Of a DNA stretch of 64,000 bases, positions 1-13,616 are shown piece after piece. Each line of letters begins with the position of its first letter. The first letter of the stretch is position 1. The DNA is from Balanoglossus misakiensis (Eukaryota > Animalia > Hemichordata): the NCBI GenBank assembly GCA_040954595.2, contig CM082582.2, forward strand, positions 7,752,063 to 7,816,062, given 5' to 3'. The position numbers and the translations under genes were made by a program. The notes under the pieces are model-generated. The model was not told the DNA's origin. It did no database searches and saw only the letters and a program-made list of their open reading frames with translations.

Positions 1-3000
1 AAGCTGACATGCTGTGCGACAGATGATATAGTCTGTGGCTTGTAAGATAAAATATGCCTGGCAGTGATTCCCTTCACTGTGTCAGTGCGAGTAATTGTAG
101 GATGCTATCTGCCTTTTTCAGACCTACCTTTCAATCCATGCTTCTTATTATAACCATAGATGCAGTTACGCCATAGGTTCTTTTTGTGTTGTTCAGAAAG
201 TCGACCTGATTTTCAAATACATGTACTATTTTTCTTTCATAGAAGATACATTGATTCATAATATTGTTCGACTGATTGATCATGAAACATATTTAATCAT
301 TGTTACCTCATCTCCTATGTAGCATATATATTAAAGTCTCTCATCCATCTTTTTATATTTTTAGTTTATTATATTTATACATGTTTTGGGTGCAGTGTGT
401 CACTCAAATTTTAAAAGACCAGTGCTGAGACAGCAGTCTGTCTGTTTTGGTAGCCAACAACACAATTATGTGTATCATCATGGATGAATGATGTCATGCT
501 TGTCTAATGACATGCTAAGTCTAGTACGTCACCATTCTTCTCAAGTGGTTTGCCTGGCATGCTTTGCCATGGCGTGCTGAGTGACTGTGTTGTTTTTGTC
601 ATACATTCCTACTTGCTGTGTTGGTTTTCTTCTCAAAATTGACTTCTTGCTTTTGCAATTCATAGTTTAGTTAGAGCGCAATGAAAACAGAGAACCCTTA
701 ATTGTTAGGGGTGGTACAAAGAGGTTCCTGTACAAAATGTAGCACTTGACATTTAAAAAAAATAAACATGTTTCCATGACAACCATTTTTGAAACTTAAA
801 ATTTGCATAACAGTGACCATGGCAACCACTCCGTGTAAATATAAAATTCTGACTTTGCGGCTGCTTATGAAAGCAGGATGTTGACATGGAATTTTTAATC
901 CACTGCCTCTTGGACATTTCCACACAAAAAAATTAAATATTACTGAATGGCAAACTGATGTCATTTTTGCAGCTGATCCTATGCAGATTTGCATGGTGCG
1001 TTTTTATCATTTCATGTAATGGTCTCAATCAATACATTTATAGATATGCAATGTGAAAAAAATGTGAATTTGCAGTAGATGGTATTAACATAAAGAACTA
1101 CCGTCACTCTACTTTGAAGAGCTACTAGATATATTGATCATTATCTATTCATAACATTGTTACGTCAGTAATGTGTAAAGCGCACACCAGCAGGCTGGGA
1201 GCTCTTCTTGTGAAGTGTATCAGACAGTTCAACAAACCCCAGTTACAGAGTTTTCTTACAAGACGGGAATCACCATGATGATTCGCTGAATCTGCACCAT
1301 ACATTCAGATTGAAATCCAGTCTATGAATCATTTTCGAATGCTGTCATTTAGAACGCCGTATTGCTTGCTGCATTTTAACATCATCTGGTGTTTTTGATA
1401 ATACACCGGCAGTGGGTATTTATTACAACCAGCATAAAATTGATACCACAGAAGTACGGTCTACTGAATGGTGAATTTAGATTTCATCCAAAAATGTTCG
1501 CTTGGATATATGTGGCTTGTGCAAGATAAATATTCTGTTAAAGTATATCGTATTTGGGTGAAATTAAAATGCAAGAAGATGGAAGTGTGAATAGGATCAT
1601 TTATACAAATGTATTGTAAATTTCACATGATGCTATGTATGCTGCAATGCAATAGACATGTTTTCCAAAAACAATATTCATTTCACAGCCGTGTAAGCCA
1701 TAGATGATGATCACTGTATACATAGTGTGACTGTAATAACAGTTGCCTTCCGCTGCAATTTGTAAGCATATTAATAGCTCAAACAATAGCTGTTGCAATA
1801 GTGTCATTTACACTGACAAAAGACTGTCAAATTAAATATTTTTTTTTCATCTCTGAGTCAACGATATTGGAAGTCTCATTGACGAAGAGCTGGGAAAAAA
1901 ATCAACTGAACAAAGACAGCTATTCTTGGGATTTTGAAATCGGGGTTAAAATTGACATTGGATGGAGATCATATTTCATTGGATAGAAACCCCAAAATAT
2001 GGCGAGGTAGACAAATATGAAACTGCTGGCAACAGGTGTCAATGATCAGATACTTTAGTTTAGAATAAAATAAAATTTTGTGCTCAGGTTGTTGTGTAAT
2101 TTGTAAAGTAAAGAACGTTTTGCTGGCTGGCAACATGTTACTCAGTTGTCGTTTTTTACCCAATGTAAATTGGTTCATAATATTCCTACAAATTATCACT
2201 GATGTGTGTCACAGTATGCAAATGTTACGAGGCTATAAAAGTGGTCTTTTTTTATTGTCAGAACCAAACCTGCAGAACCGTTTCAAAATGGTAATATTGG
2301 AAAAATCATCCTTGGATGCAGAATCACACACCATACATGCTGAACTCTCCATCTGGATATTTGTGTCTTGGAAGAGGTTTCATAAAATCCAAACCAGATG
2401 GGATTTTTTATGAATATGGCATTTTCTGAACCATAATGTATACAGCATTCAGGGGTGTGTTAATGTGTGAATTAGTGACCATATTGTGTAAGGTTTCATT
2501 TTAATATGTTATGAACAGTATGTTACAGTTGCCCACAAGTGTATAGATTTAAATTGTAAACCATGAGATGTATAAAGACTTGTTGGTCATTAAGAATGAT
2601 TCATCTAATTGCTGTTCTGTAAATTAATTAAAACAGGGATTGGTTAGCATGGTTAAATGCCACGTTTTTCAAGCAAACAAAAACATGGACTTTGATGTAG
2701 AATTATTGACATAGTGTACTAGAGCGAGATTTAAGTAAATTGCATGATTGTTTTATGAAGCCAAAATGTATCGAGCAGTTACCTGTGAATTTACCATATA
2801 GTTTCTTGCAGTGAAAACAACATAAATTTTTAAGGCCACATTATGTATTTAGAGCAATGCATCATGCCAAATGTACATATCCCTAGTTTCAGTGGCATTG
2901 GCAGTTTATAGAAAATCTTAAGTACAGAACTCTATAGAATTCTATAAATATTTATAGAAATTATAGAGAGAGAGCAAAGTATTGGAGTAAATCCAGTAGC

Positions 3001-4090
3001 TGTATTTGTATAGAAGCAGCTTGAAATATTGACTGTCACATTTCTGGCATTTATGAGAACAAATACAGCTAATCTAATTTGTTTGTACTTCTTAAATATT
3101 GGAACCATGTACAAGGGCACACAAGTATTCCATCCATGTTGTAAGGACATCGATTCAATATAATTACATTCGGCATTCAGTATGTTTTTGAAGAGCTGAT
3201 CAAATTATACTTCATACAACATGCAGGTAGTTAGGTAGTTACGCACATGTCATTGTGGTCTGCCAGCAATATGCTTACTTGCAGCAGCATTCAATTACAT
3301 GTAGCGTGAATAGTGAAAATTTGTGTCTGCATAATCAAATTGGGTTAATTCTTGTATGTTCAAAAATAAAACCCAAAGACCCTTGAATATCAATAGGAAT
3401 TTAATTCCAGTTTCGGTTAATATCCTGGCTGGCCATACCAGAATATGGTAAACATGATAAAATTAGTATGTTACATGTTTGTGTTAATGAACACATTGTG
3501 TGATTGACGTATGGTGTCATGAATTCACATTGGAACCCTATTATCTTGATAATTTACAGCATGGAAAGACTATTGGTAGGGATATGACACTACATTTTCA
3601 TGCATGGGGTCACATGTGATCAAACTTGCATGTACCTTCTTTTAGTGATATCCTGAGACAGTAATCTCATTATTCATGTCAAGATCAGTGAAATGAAGAT
3701 GTCTGCCAATCGTGACACACTAGTGGGTCAAGTGTCACTTCCATGTCATCCGTCAGTTTATCTCTTTCCGGCATTTCTGGGATTACAAGACCATGTGTTA
3801 GCCATATTAGACATTGGTCAGTTTACCCTTCTCTCCGGCCGGCCCAAGCTGAAGGTCAGGGCTTGGACTGACTTGCCAATACAGCACAGCGATTCAAACT
3901 ATGTATCCACAGACCATAAAACTAAATCAACTCCTGTACATGTATACCTTTTGGGTCATGGACAGGCCTTCAATTTGTCTGATGGCTTTGAAATGAGATA
4001 CAGGTTCCCAGGGATGGCTTTACTGCCCTGTGCAATGACGTTATGATCTGCCCACGGTTTTAATATTGTCTGTGCTTCTATGTCAAATTT

Positions 4091-4165
4091 AAAGGGACAG
4101 GGAAAGGTGTTCGGTATAGACAGGTTTGTAGATTAGGCAGGGTTCGGTTTAGACAGGTTTTACTG
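4091..4165. mobile_element. Fragment of the same Tc1/pogo-like MITE family
   Basis: AAAGGGAC...GGGTTCGGTTTAGACAGGTTTTACTG, matching 6204-6363. Confidence 0.55.
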
Positions 4166-6203
4166 TTTAATGATGGCTAAAGGCAATCGTATTTGCATTG
4201 ACATGATCCTATTATCCTAGGTGCAGACTGTCCGTCATTCTGGGCTAAATGACATATTTATAGCCATGTTTACACCCGGTCTGTTTGCCTCTCTTTGAAA
4301 TATTCTACGATGGCATAGAATCAGAGAAGGGCTCATTCCCAAGGCTGCCTCCTGACGTCATATGCCAGCCATTTCTTAAGCGTAGTTATCTGTCCATTTG
4401 TACATATTTAAACAAGTGAATTTGATCACATATTAAAGTATCGTAAATGTCACAGTGACTTCTGACTGAGCCGATGATGCTTGGCATAGACCGGGTATTA
4501 CAGTTTCAGTGTTTGTGAGAATTTTCTGATATACTGGGAGTCCTGAGTGGAAAAGGTCACAGGTCAACTGATGCACGTCATGCACTTGGTTGAAAGCCTA
4601 ACTCATCAAAGTAAATGTGGTAGCACAGATGTGGGGAAAATGTGTTTGGCTAAATGCTAGTTACGTCCAGCTTCCGCTGCAGATGTAGATAGAAATCGTA
4701 CGTTGCCATGGCGTTGTTTTATTTTGTTCTCAAAATAGTACCTCATTACTTGACTGGGATTTAAGGAACATTATTCTTGTGCCAAGTTTGACAGAAATCA
4801 ATTCAGGTATTTCTTTTAGGGTGTTAAGTGGCCTGACATAAAATTTAAAAAATTGTGGCTGTCCATGCCCTTTCACCCTTGACGACTGGAAAAATAAAGT
4901 TTATTGGATGAACACCAGTTTGTCTGGGAGTTCAGTGGTCAAAAATAAGCATGGTGATAAATGGCTACTTGATTCCTGAGAACAGCTGTTTTGGAGACAA
5001 ATTAAATTGCCCGGTGATATAAAAAAGTTAATGGCAAGTTTCTGTGGACCATATTCTTCCCTCGACCCTTTGTGTCAGCTATGCCAGAGTTCAAAACAGG
5101 GTGGGTCATGGCGGGAGAGGTTGATCTTGGCAGCAGGCAGGTCTGATTCAAAATGTTCATCTAAAAGGAATGTTTATCGGCTGGAGCCAGCTCTGGACAA
5201 TGTCAGGGGGGTCTGGGCTGAGAGGGAAACACGTCAGTATGCAAAACAGCCGACGCATAACCTACGTCATTGGAGTTTCCAGTTACAAGTAAACCATCTC
5301 CGAGTATGCACGATGTCCATGGCGGTTCTATGGCAGGAATTTTGACATCAGAAGGAAATTCCTGCCTGATGGTCAGTGGATTGTTTTGATATCGGTTTCA
5401 TTTCATTCTGAAAAACCTTTCCTCTTGCCGTATCGCATGACATCTTGAAAGTCGTATCTCAAATTATTACAGGAAATTTGCAAGTAATGGCTTTCCAGAG
5501 GTACATAGGGTTGGGTATGGTCACATCTCCCCGTACCAGTGCATATATATCTATTTGACATTTGTGTACTTGATGAAAAAAGGGTTGAAATTTTACATTT
5601 TAATTACAACAATTAATCACACTGCCTGTTGCTCTTTGACGATGCACAAAATCCATTATCAAACATTCCAAGACAAGACTGCCTGAGTAGTTTGGAAATA
5701 CCATGGGACATAGCTATCCAATGGCTGTCTCGCAACAACTGGCCGATTGGCATGTTTTGAATATTAAAATCAGCATTCACAGCGACACATTTTGAAAAGA
5801 TTGTTTAGCCGAAGGAGAAACATCACACATTAAATTTTTCATAATGAAGGAACGAGTCCCAAGGCACTCCACACAATACATACGCAGTCACGTATCTCTG
5901 AAGACGGATTAATTTTTGAAGCCAAAAAAGACATAAATCTGAGTGTACTAGATTAGATAGCGAATACTAATTGGAATGCAAGGACATTTCGTCAGAATTA
6001 CCAGCCTGAGGGTGAAATGTTTCTCTGAAAAATATCTCTGATCACAAATAAGCTCATCTTGTTATGGTGTTTCACTTGCATGTCATAATAACCCACCGTT
6101 TTGTCACATCCAGACCTGACAGGTCTACCGTACATAAGACAGGGGTTGTTTGGATTTTAAGTTTGTCAGTGTCTGCCATGAAACTTGAAAGATGTATGTT
6201 CTA

Positions 6204-6363
6204 AGACCTTTCCAAACCAAAGGGACTGAAGAAATTGTCCAGTTTGCAGAGGTATACGTTTTGTACAGGTTCTTTTGACCTGGGGTTCTGTGAGAAAGGT
6301 ACTGGAACAGGTGTTTGGTAGATTTCCAGATCAGACAGGGTTCGGTTTGGACAGGTTTTACTG
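6204..6363. mobile_element. Fragment of Tc1/pogo-like MITE family (terminus GACAGGTTTTACTG)
   Basis: Shares CCAAAGGGACTGAAGAAATTGT with 21568-21620 and CAGGGTTCGGTTT.GACAGGTTTTACTG with 4091-4165. The opposite end TACAGTAAAACCTGT..CCAAAGGGAC occurs at 51617-51653. Confidence 0.6.
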
Positions 6364-9300
6364 TGCCTTACATGTCAAGTTTATAGTCAAGGTTTGCAGT
6401 ATCGCGTGATACTTGTTGACTTCTTGGTAAAGCAGGTCTTCGTGTGTACTCCATATGCATGGCTGGCCTTAGTTTATGCTTGACGTGAAGCAGTTAATAT
6501 GTGTGCAGCAAATTTACTGTGAGTAATGAAATGGGATGACACTGGGTGGAAAAAAAAAAGATTATCGTGAGAGAGTTTGCATCTGATATAAAATAGAGTT
6601 CTTCCAGATACTGCAAAGAAACGGTACTCAAATCTTCAAAAGCTTGATTTTAGCCAAAAATGGAAAAAAAAATCATTTGTATGTGCTTGTGATTTGTCTC
6701 TGAGATGAATATTCTAGGCTACTGATTTGTTACCAATGATAGGCTGTCTCTCGGGGGGGGGGGGGGGGGGGGGCAAAGATAGTGACAGCTGTCAGTCTCA
6801 TTACTGGTTGCAGCCATGGCGATGTCTCGCAGGTTCTCGCTATTGAACAAAATCAATTATTGTTTTTAGACAGAAATCTAAAAATAATGTAATCAATTGT
6901 TAGCCGAAGGCGGGCATTTCATCGTGATGAGGGGGGTCGGTAATCTGGGGCACTTTTCACACATCAGTGTCGGGAACGTGTTGATAAGTTGTTATTGTCA
7001 AGTTTCTAAATTTAATGCCGTCAGAGCCTGGAGCTAGTATTGGAGGCTTAGAAATCAGAGAGCTGTGTGCATACTATGAAAAGACTTAGCGAGATTGAAA
7101 CCAATACATATCCGAACTAGTATTTCATGGCAAGCTTTACCCAGACCTGCTAGCATCATTTGTCTTGTACCCTTGTATTCTTCCGCTTAGGAAAAAGATA
7201 GTTCCGTCTTTACAAAAAATGAGAAGGGAGAGCTTTTGCCATGTTTGATTTTTTAGTCAGATCCGGAGGTTTTGATTGAATATCAACCATCTTCACATCA
7301 TGAATTTTTACCTGTCATATATTATGTAAAATGATCCATGATGTTTTTCCCACTGTTTTACATAAATTGTGTTTTTGTAAACCTGTCGTGGGAATAAAGC
7401 GGGTAGACAGTAAGTTTAATGACTGGAAACTGTGACGGTCACTCACAGTTTTTTGCTGGCTTTCAGTTTCTGTCTGCAAGAAAATATAGAATGTGGACGT
7501 TTTTTCCTGGGTGACTGCTTACAGTGCAAACAACATACCCTGGTACCTTTTGCTGAAAAAAATGTGTATACAAAGAGTAATTTGTTCAGAAAATAATAGA
7601 AATGAATTTGTTGGTTCAATAAGAGTTTCAATGCTGATTTGTTTGTATTCCACTGTGATGCAATCACCTTGGTCTAATTATGTTCTGTTAAGAAATTGAC
7701 TTATTCAGGAAGTCTTGCTTGTATGCAGTGCTTTGAGTGCATTGTAAAAAATCCACATCATAAAATAATTGTCACATGACAACAGATTGAAATGAGCAGG
7801 ACAGTGACTCCATCGTGAACAACATAGCTGGTTTTTTTTTACTACTGCGGAACAGTAATTTCCAATTTATCGTGGTTGTCATGGCAACACCCATACATCT
7901 GTCATCTTGATCTATTACAAGATGGGCATGAAATAGCTCAAGGTACTAAAGAAGTCCCCAGTTCCCATGGTTACCATTATCATGGCTGCTAGTGGAAAAT
8001 AAAGTCTGCTTTTATGTCTGAAACTCGGTTGCCTCGCGGCGACGACAGAAAACACCGGAAAATGCAGCGTCGGTCACAAAGCATTTTTCACACTGACAGT
8101 CAGCGATGAAAATTGTAAAAACTATAATGGCGGCTCACAATTTGAAAGAATCAGAAATTATACACAAATGAACCTAAGCTCTGAAATTTGTGTTTTGCAT
8201 GAGATTGATATTCTGAAAGATTGATGCAGCTTCAGTTTCACCTTTGAATGTCAGACTGATAATACAACAAGACAATTTCCACGTCTTTGTTGACTTCCCA
8301 GAAATTAACATAAATTATTTGCGATTTCAGTGCAAGTATAGCTGAAGCAGTGCTTTTCAAAGAAGACACACTAATATAATCTTGACCAGATACAAGATGT
8401 ATGGATGTACGATGGAAGCAAAATTGCAATGTAAATATTGTTTTTGATGTCCACATGAAAATTAAAAGGAATGTACGTCACCCATATTGATGGCAGATAA
8501 AATTGTGCTTTTTTTAGTGATGAAATTTATATAAATTTAATTTAACTTCTGACTGGGTGGGGTTGGGAGGTTGGTTGCACTTTGTGTTGGCTAGGACAGT
8601 GATTGATACCATGGAAAGTGGAGACCATGCAATTTCCCTGCACGTTCACATCAATGTCGAAAATGCACTCAGTTTATATTGATAGCAACAGCCATGTTCC
8701 ACAGATGTGCCGTGCGGCCATCTTGAATGATCGAAATGAGACGGCTTGTGGCTTGTGGCTGGCAGTTTGCCGAGCAATGCCATCGCTGTCAGCTTTTAAA
8801 TTGGCCTCATCTGCGTCCAACACTTGTTTCAACTAATCAACACAGACATTGAGGCCAACGGCAGCCTGTACTTCAAACCAGTGTAGTTCACATCGTGCGC
8901 CACCACGTCTGTATACTAACAATTATTGCATGAAAATGTTCAATTATGTCAACATGCAGGACTGGCTGGGTTTTATACCCAGCCTAGATCTGAGACTAAA
9001 CAAAAGGCAGCCAAGCTTGTCTTTATTTGCTCTTTATTGCAACATACAGTAAACTATATCTTGAGTTTACAGGTAATATTGTCAAGGCATAAAGTGTGGA
9101 GACTAAATGTTTACTACAAATGGAGTTTTTGGCATTGCATAGTGCAGGGCAGTGAATATAATGCTCCAAAATTTTGACACGATACTGAGTGAGATGGTTA
9201 CAGTAGAAAGGAATATGATAAAGTCGTCAGAATTTTTGGAGACTTGTAAATCTGTCATTGGGACGAAGCTGCCTGAATCTAGCTACTTGTTGCTGGTCTA

Positions 9301-9620
9301 TCGTGATTTGAATTGCAGTAATCTGACGCGTCATCTGTCAAGTGGGAGAATGACGTGTGTTTCTAAGAATGTGGGCCTTGCAGTAACAGCAGCAGCTGTA
9401 AAATTGGCATTGCAGATAGACCTAATGTGAAGGAAGGAAGCGGTTGTGTAGTCACGGGTCAAGTACACTAGATTGTATGCCCTCGCAATTTTAATTAAGA
9501 TGCTGACCCATTTCTAAGTGCAGACTGATACATGTAGCTTTCAGTGGCATTTCACAATGAAGTGGTGTTATATATCCCTGGCAACGGAAAGGGACATTGT
9601 AGTGCAATTTATTCGTAAAA

Positions 9621-9791
9621 TACTGTAAAACGGTTTTTTTTTCGTGACCAAAAAAATCGCGTAAAATGTTCTTCAGAGATAACAGATGCAGTTAGTGACA
9701 TACGAAAATGTGAAAATTAATCCTCGCGTAACAGTTGCCACTTTTTAAATCGTGAAAATTTCCTGTTGCGAAAATAACCCATTTTACAGTA
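9621..9791. mobile_element. TA-flanked MITE
   Basis: Terminal inverted repeats TACTGTAAAA(CGGTT)...(AACCCA)TTTTACAGTA, with internal CG(T)GAAAAT-type subrepeats. Confidence 0.65.
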
Positions 9792-11020
9792 CACTTGTTG
9801 CAATTCTAATTTTCACGGCCTGAGATAACAACATGGATGTTATTCACTCACTGGCGAAGCTGCAAGCCACAGAATTGTTTTTTGCTGTCTGTTGCTAAAT
9901 CTGACAAGCCTGTCGGTAATAGATGGCTTCATTTGAATAAACAAATTAACGCGGTTTTTTTATGCATGTGTATGGAGACGTGTTTAATGAGATGAAAGAT
10001 CTCTAGACTAATCGTATTGGTGTTTGGCTGTGTGCAAGATGTGGCCAGTGTCTGACATTAATGATAAACTTATCAATATTTATGCCCCATCTGTGGTCTA
10101 CTTGTTATTCTTCTATTTGGATGGATCTGATGAATCATCCGGTTAATGTATACTACAGTTCAGTGATTGATCGTGAGAAGTGTGCAACATGTACAAAATT
10201 ACCGTGTTCTTGTCAAAATGAGGCCATGAATACAGTGTCTTTTTTGAGAAGCATATTTTATGTGTGGATCAATAATAATAATTCTCAAATGCAGGACATT
10301 TTGTTCCGCATCAGCAAATTTTCAATAATGGCAACAACAAAAATAGTCAAAGTTTTGAAAAAATTAATTTTTCATTGTTGAATTTTGAATATTTTGTAAA
10401 CACCCGTAACAGAGTGGGAAATTTATGAGGTCACGTAGGGTGAGTCAGTGTAGCTTGCTTGATGTTCCGTGACATGCAGGGCAGAGAGGTGAGCACTACA
10501 TCATAATTAGAGTGTCTCACACATCATCAGATATCTGCATGATGAAATAAGTTTTCATGCGGTGGCAACATCATCTGATGGGGATGATGGTGCCATGTTG
10601 GCAGTAGGGGGGATGGCTGGTCAGGTAAAAAATATTGTGTCATCAACCATACTGCAGGTGGAGCACAACTTTGCTGACATATGCTCAGATGATATGCCCT
10701 GTAGTTCAGGCTGTATGTACGTCATCATCCACTAATGTTTTTTTTTCCAATTTGCATCCCTTCCATGCCATAAATTAATATCCCTTTTCAAATTAACTAT
10801 TACAGTTGGCGGAGGGTTATTTGTCAATTTTCTTCTGTGCTGCAGTGGCATAATTTTACGCAGCAATTTTCAGTATTCTTATTCTTTTTTAGAAAACAGA
10901 ATTGTGGAAAGGTATAGAGCTCCCAAGAGATTTGTGTACCATATGTGAATTAGAGATTAATGAAACTTTCTGGTCATGGAAAGCAGATTGTTATAAATCT
11001 GTGTCTGTCATTTGTTCCAG

Positions 11021-13616
11021 GTACCTACCAAGGCCAATGGGTCGGCGGCATGCGCCATGGTTACGGCATCAGGAACAGCGTGCCCTACAACATGGCCGCC
11101 ATCATACGCTCCACCCTTCGGTCCTCCCTAACCTCCCTGAGAAGCGACCACGAGAACGCAAACGGCTCCGTGAACTCGGTGGACAACTTTGGCCACCGGG
11201 GGGGCTTTGTGCTGAACGTGGAACCCCCGCCGGAGCCCGTGCACAAGGGAATCCTGCAGAGGACGGGGAGCCTGCGTCGGACGCTCATGCAGGGCTTGCG
11301 GCTGCGGAAGAGCGACCGGCGCAGCAACCGCTCCACCGCCACCAGCCAGACGAGCCAGAGCAGCTCGCGGGCCAGCCACGCCAGCTCCAGCCGGCCGCGC
11401 TCACTGCCGCACCAGGACTCGCTGCGCAGCACCACCAGCACGCTGAGCTCGGGCTCGGCGCCCTCCTCGCTGTACGGCGACGACGTCAGCTACATGAACG
11501 AGGAGCCCGAGGGCGAGCTGACCGAGGCCTACATGGGCGAGTGGAAGCAGGACAAGCGGGCGGGATACGGCATCAGCCAGCGGTCGGACGGCATGCGCTA
11601 CGAGGGCGAGTGGCAGAACAACCGGAAACACGGCTACGGCATCACCACCCACCCGGACGGCTCCAGAGAGGAGGGCAAGTGGAAGAACAACCAACTTGTG
11701 GCGTCAGGGAAGAAGAAACTGTTTCCGCTTCGATCGGCTAAAATTTCGGACCGAGTGGCGAGGGCGGTAGACTTGGCGAACCAAGCCGCGGAACTGGCCA
11801 GGCAGAAGGCAGATATTGCTATATCAAGGTATGGTGTAATTCACATGTTTATCAGAGGCAGGGCTCTATCATTGACTAATATCATGGAGTGTATCCCGAA
11901 ATATTATCTGTACACATTACCCATATGACAAGTTCTCTGCCTCTGTCTGTGGATATTTTGTTGCATTTAGTTCAAACCCGTGACTGATCTCTTTTTTCCC
12001 CTCAGAGCATCACATGCCAAAGACAAAGCTCAGATGGCCGATGTGACAGCAATTCAAGCAAGAGAAGAGGCAAACAGAGCAAAAATATATTGTAAAGAAT
12101 TATCAGAGTCACCTGGAGGTATATTGTCTTTTCAAATCATTTTTCTCATAGTTTTTTTTGTGTGTATGTTTGTGCAAATTTGAAAGTGTCATGCAAGCTG
12201 AAGTTCGAATGTCAATGAAAATACTTTTCTTTGAAATGTGAATAATTATGATAATTATTTTGTTCGGTCTTGCAGGGTCAGGATCTGATGGGGACTCCAA
12301 ACTGGAAAGAAAGAAGAGTTTCTTTAACCGCTTTGATCGGAAGAGTAAGCTTAGGGGGACTGTGATTAAAGCTGTTGGCAATCAACTACAGGTGCCTGAA
12401 CAACAACATCATAACCATAGCAACCAGGAATACTACGAGTCCATGCGGCACAACAATGCGCTGCGGCATCATGAATCGGGAATATCGAGCGCGGGTGACA
12501 TCAGTCCGTCAGGTTCGCCGCTTATGTCGCGGAGACAGATTGACAAATCGCAGTCTGTGGATATTATGATGGATCCCAAGTCCCGCGATTACCATCGGTA
12601 CGGCCCCGACCGGCGGCGGGTGCCGGATAAACTCGCGCTGGACGGGTCGCCGATGCTGTCGCAATCACACAGCTATCACTTTGAGGTGAACGGGAGAAAC
12701 GACTACAGCAGAAACGACTACGACGATCGGTTCTCCTACGACACGCCCCCCTACGATCACCCGCGAGACATGCACGCTCGCTACGGACGCCACGACCGCT
12801 CGTCGGCGGAACTCACCCCCGACTCGGGCGTCAGCACGCTGTCGGAGTCGGAGCGCTCGAAGACCTACAGGCGGGAACAGAGCGATCGTAACAAGCTGCA
12901 GCGACGGGGGACGCTGCAGCGCCAGCAAAAGTTCGAAGACGAGAACAAAGCGTCTCAGCAACAGGAGCCTTCGCAAAGCTCCGAGGGTGCGCACGTCACG
13001 ATCAAAGAACCAGACTATGACCACGACGGCAACGACATGGAAGACTTTCAGCCGCTCGACGAAGAAGAAGAGGCGTCGGAGAAAAAGAAAAAGAAGAACA
13101 AAACCAAGTCGAAATATTCAGAAATTTTACCGAAGTCTGATAAACCGCCCGGACATTACAGAAGTTTGACCGGCAGGTTTCCTGATGGCTGCAGCATCAC
13201 CTACATCCCCAAAGGGGACGAAAGTGAAGAGGGGTTCCGAGATCCCGATTTGGATCCGGAAGGTGTTATGGTGGTGCGAGCTAAAAATGTTGTAAGTGTT
13301 TATCTTGTCTTATTTTTTTAAGTGCTGCTGAGACCCGTCATTCATAGAAATTGTCCTATACTGAACCAGGAGAACGCAGGGCCCCCATTATGGCTGACAT
13401 GTTTTCTATGAATGTGCAGGTGCAAGTCAATTTTTGCAATTTATCTGTAGTTTTGAGACCCGTTCCCCAAAGGTTGACGTCAGCTCATTTTATGCTTTCT
13501 TACAGGAGTGGTCGGCTAGCGGCAAAATGGTAGCCTTGGTGCTGTTTCTAAACTTGGGCTTCACTGTCCTCTTCTCGCAGTTGTTTACTCAAATTCAGGA
13601 AATGCCCGACTTCTAA
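11021..13616 (+). CDS. JPH: Junctophilin (MORN-repeat ER/plasma-membrane junction protein), 3' part; first coding exon lies upstream of the window
   Basis: Exons 11021-11828, 12006-12118, 12276-13291 and 13506-13616 have GT-AG boundaries and consistent phase. MORN repeats (GTYQGQWVGGMRHGYG, YMGEWKQDKRAGYG, YEGEWQNNRKHGYG), an alpha-helical region (AAELARQKADIAISR|ASHAKDKA) and a C-terminal TM helix (MVALVLFLNLGFTVLFSQLF) give the typical junctophilin architecture. Confidence 0.95.

Larger units (their letters stand above)
1..11020 (+). other. Probable large first intron of junctophilin (>11 kb)
   Basis: No credible ORF and no N-terminal MORN exon in 1-11020. AT-rich with repeat fragments, ending at acceptor tttgttccag (11011-11020). 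Confidence 0.75.

Noticed and set aside
6752-6773. Long poly-G runs (also ~25146, ~43636, ~63570) as G-quadruplex elements
   Set aside because: Simple homopolymers are common in such genomes and their length is unreliable in assemblies; no functional evidence.
10902-11741. 279-aa alternative-frame ORF and antisense ORFs over JPH exon 2
   Set aside because: Shadow ORFs caused by high GC3 in the real exon; non-ATG start in the intron and no recognisable motifs.
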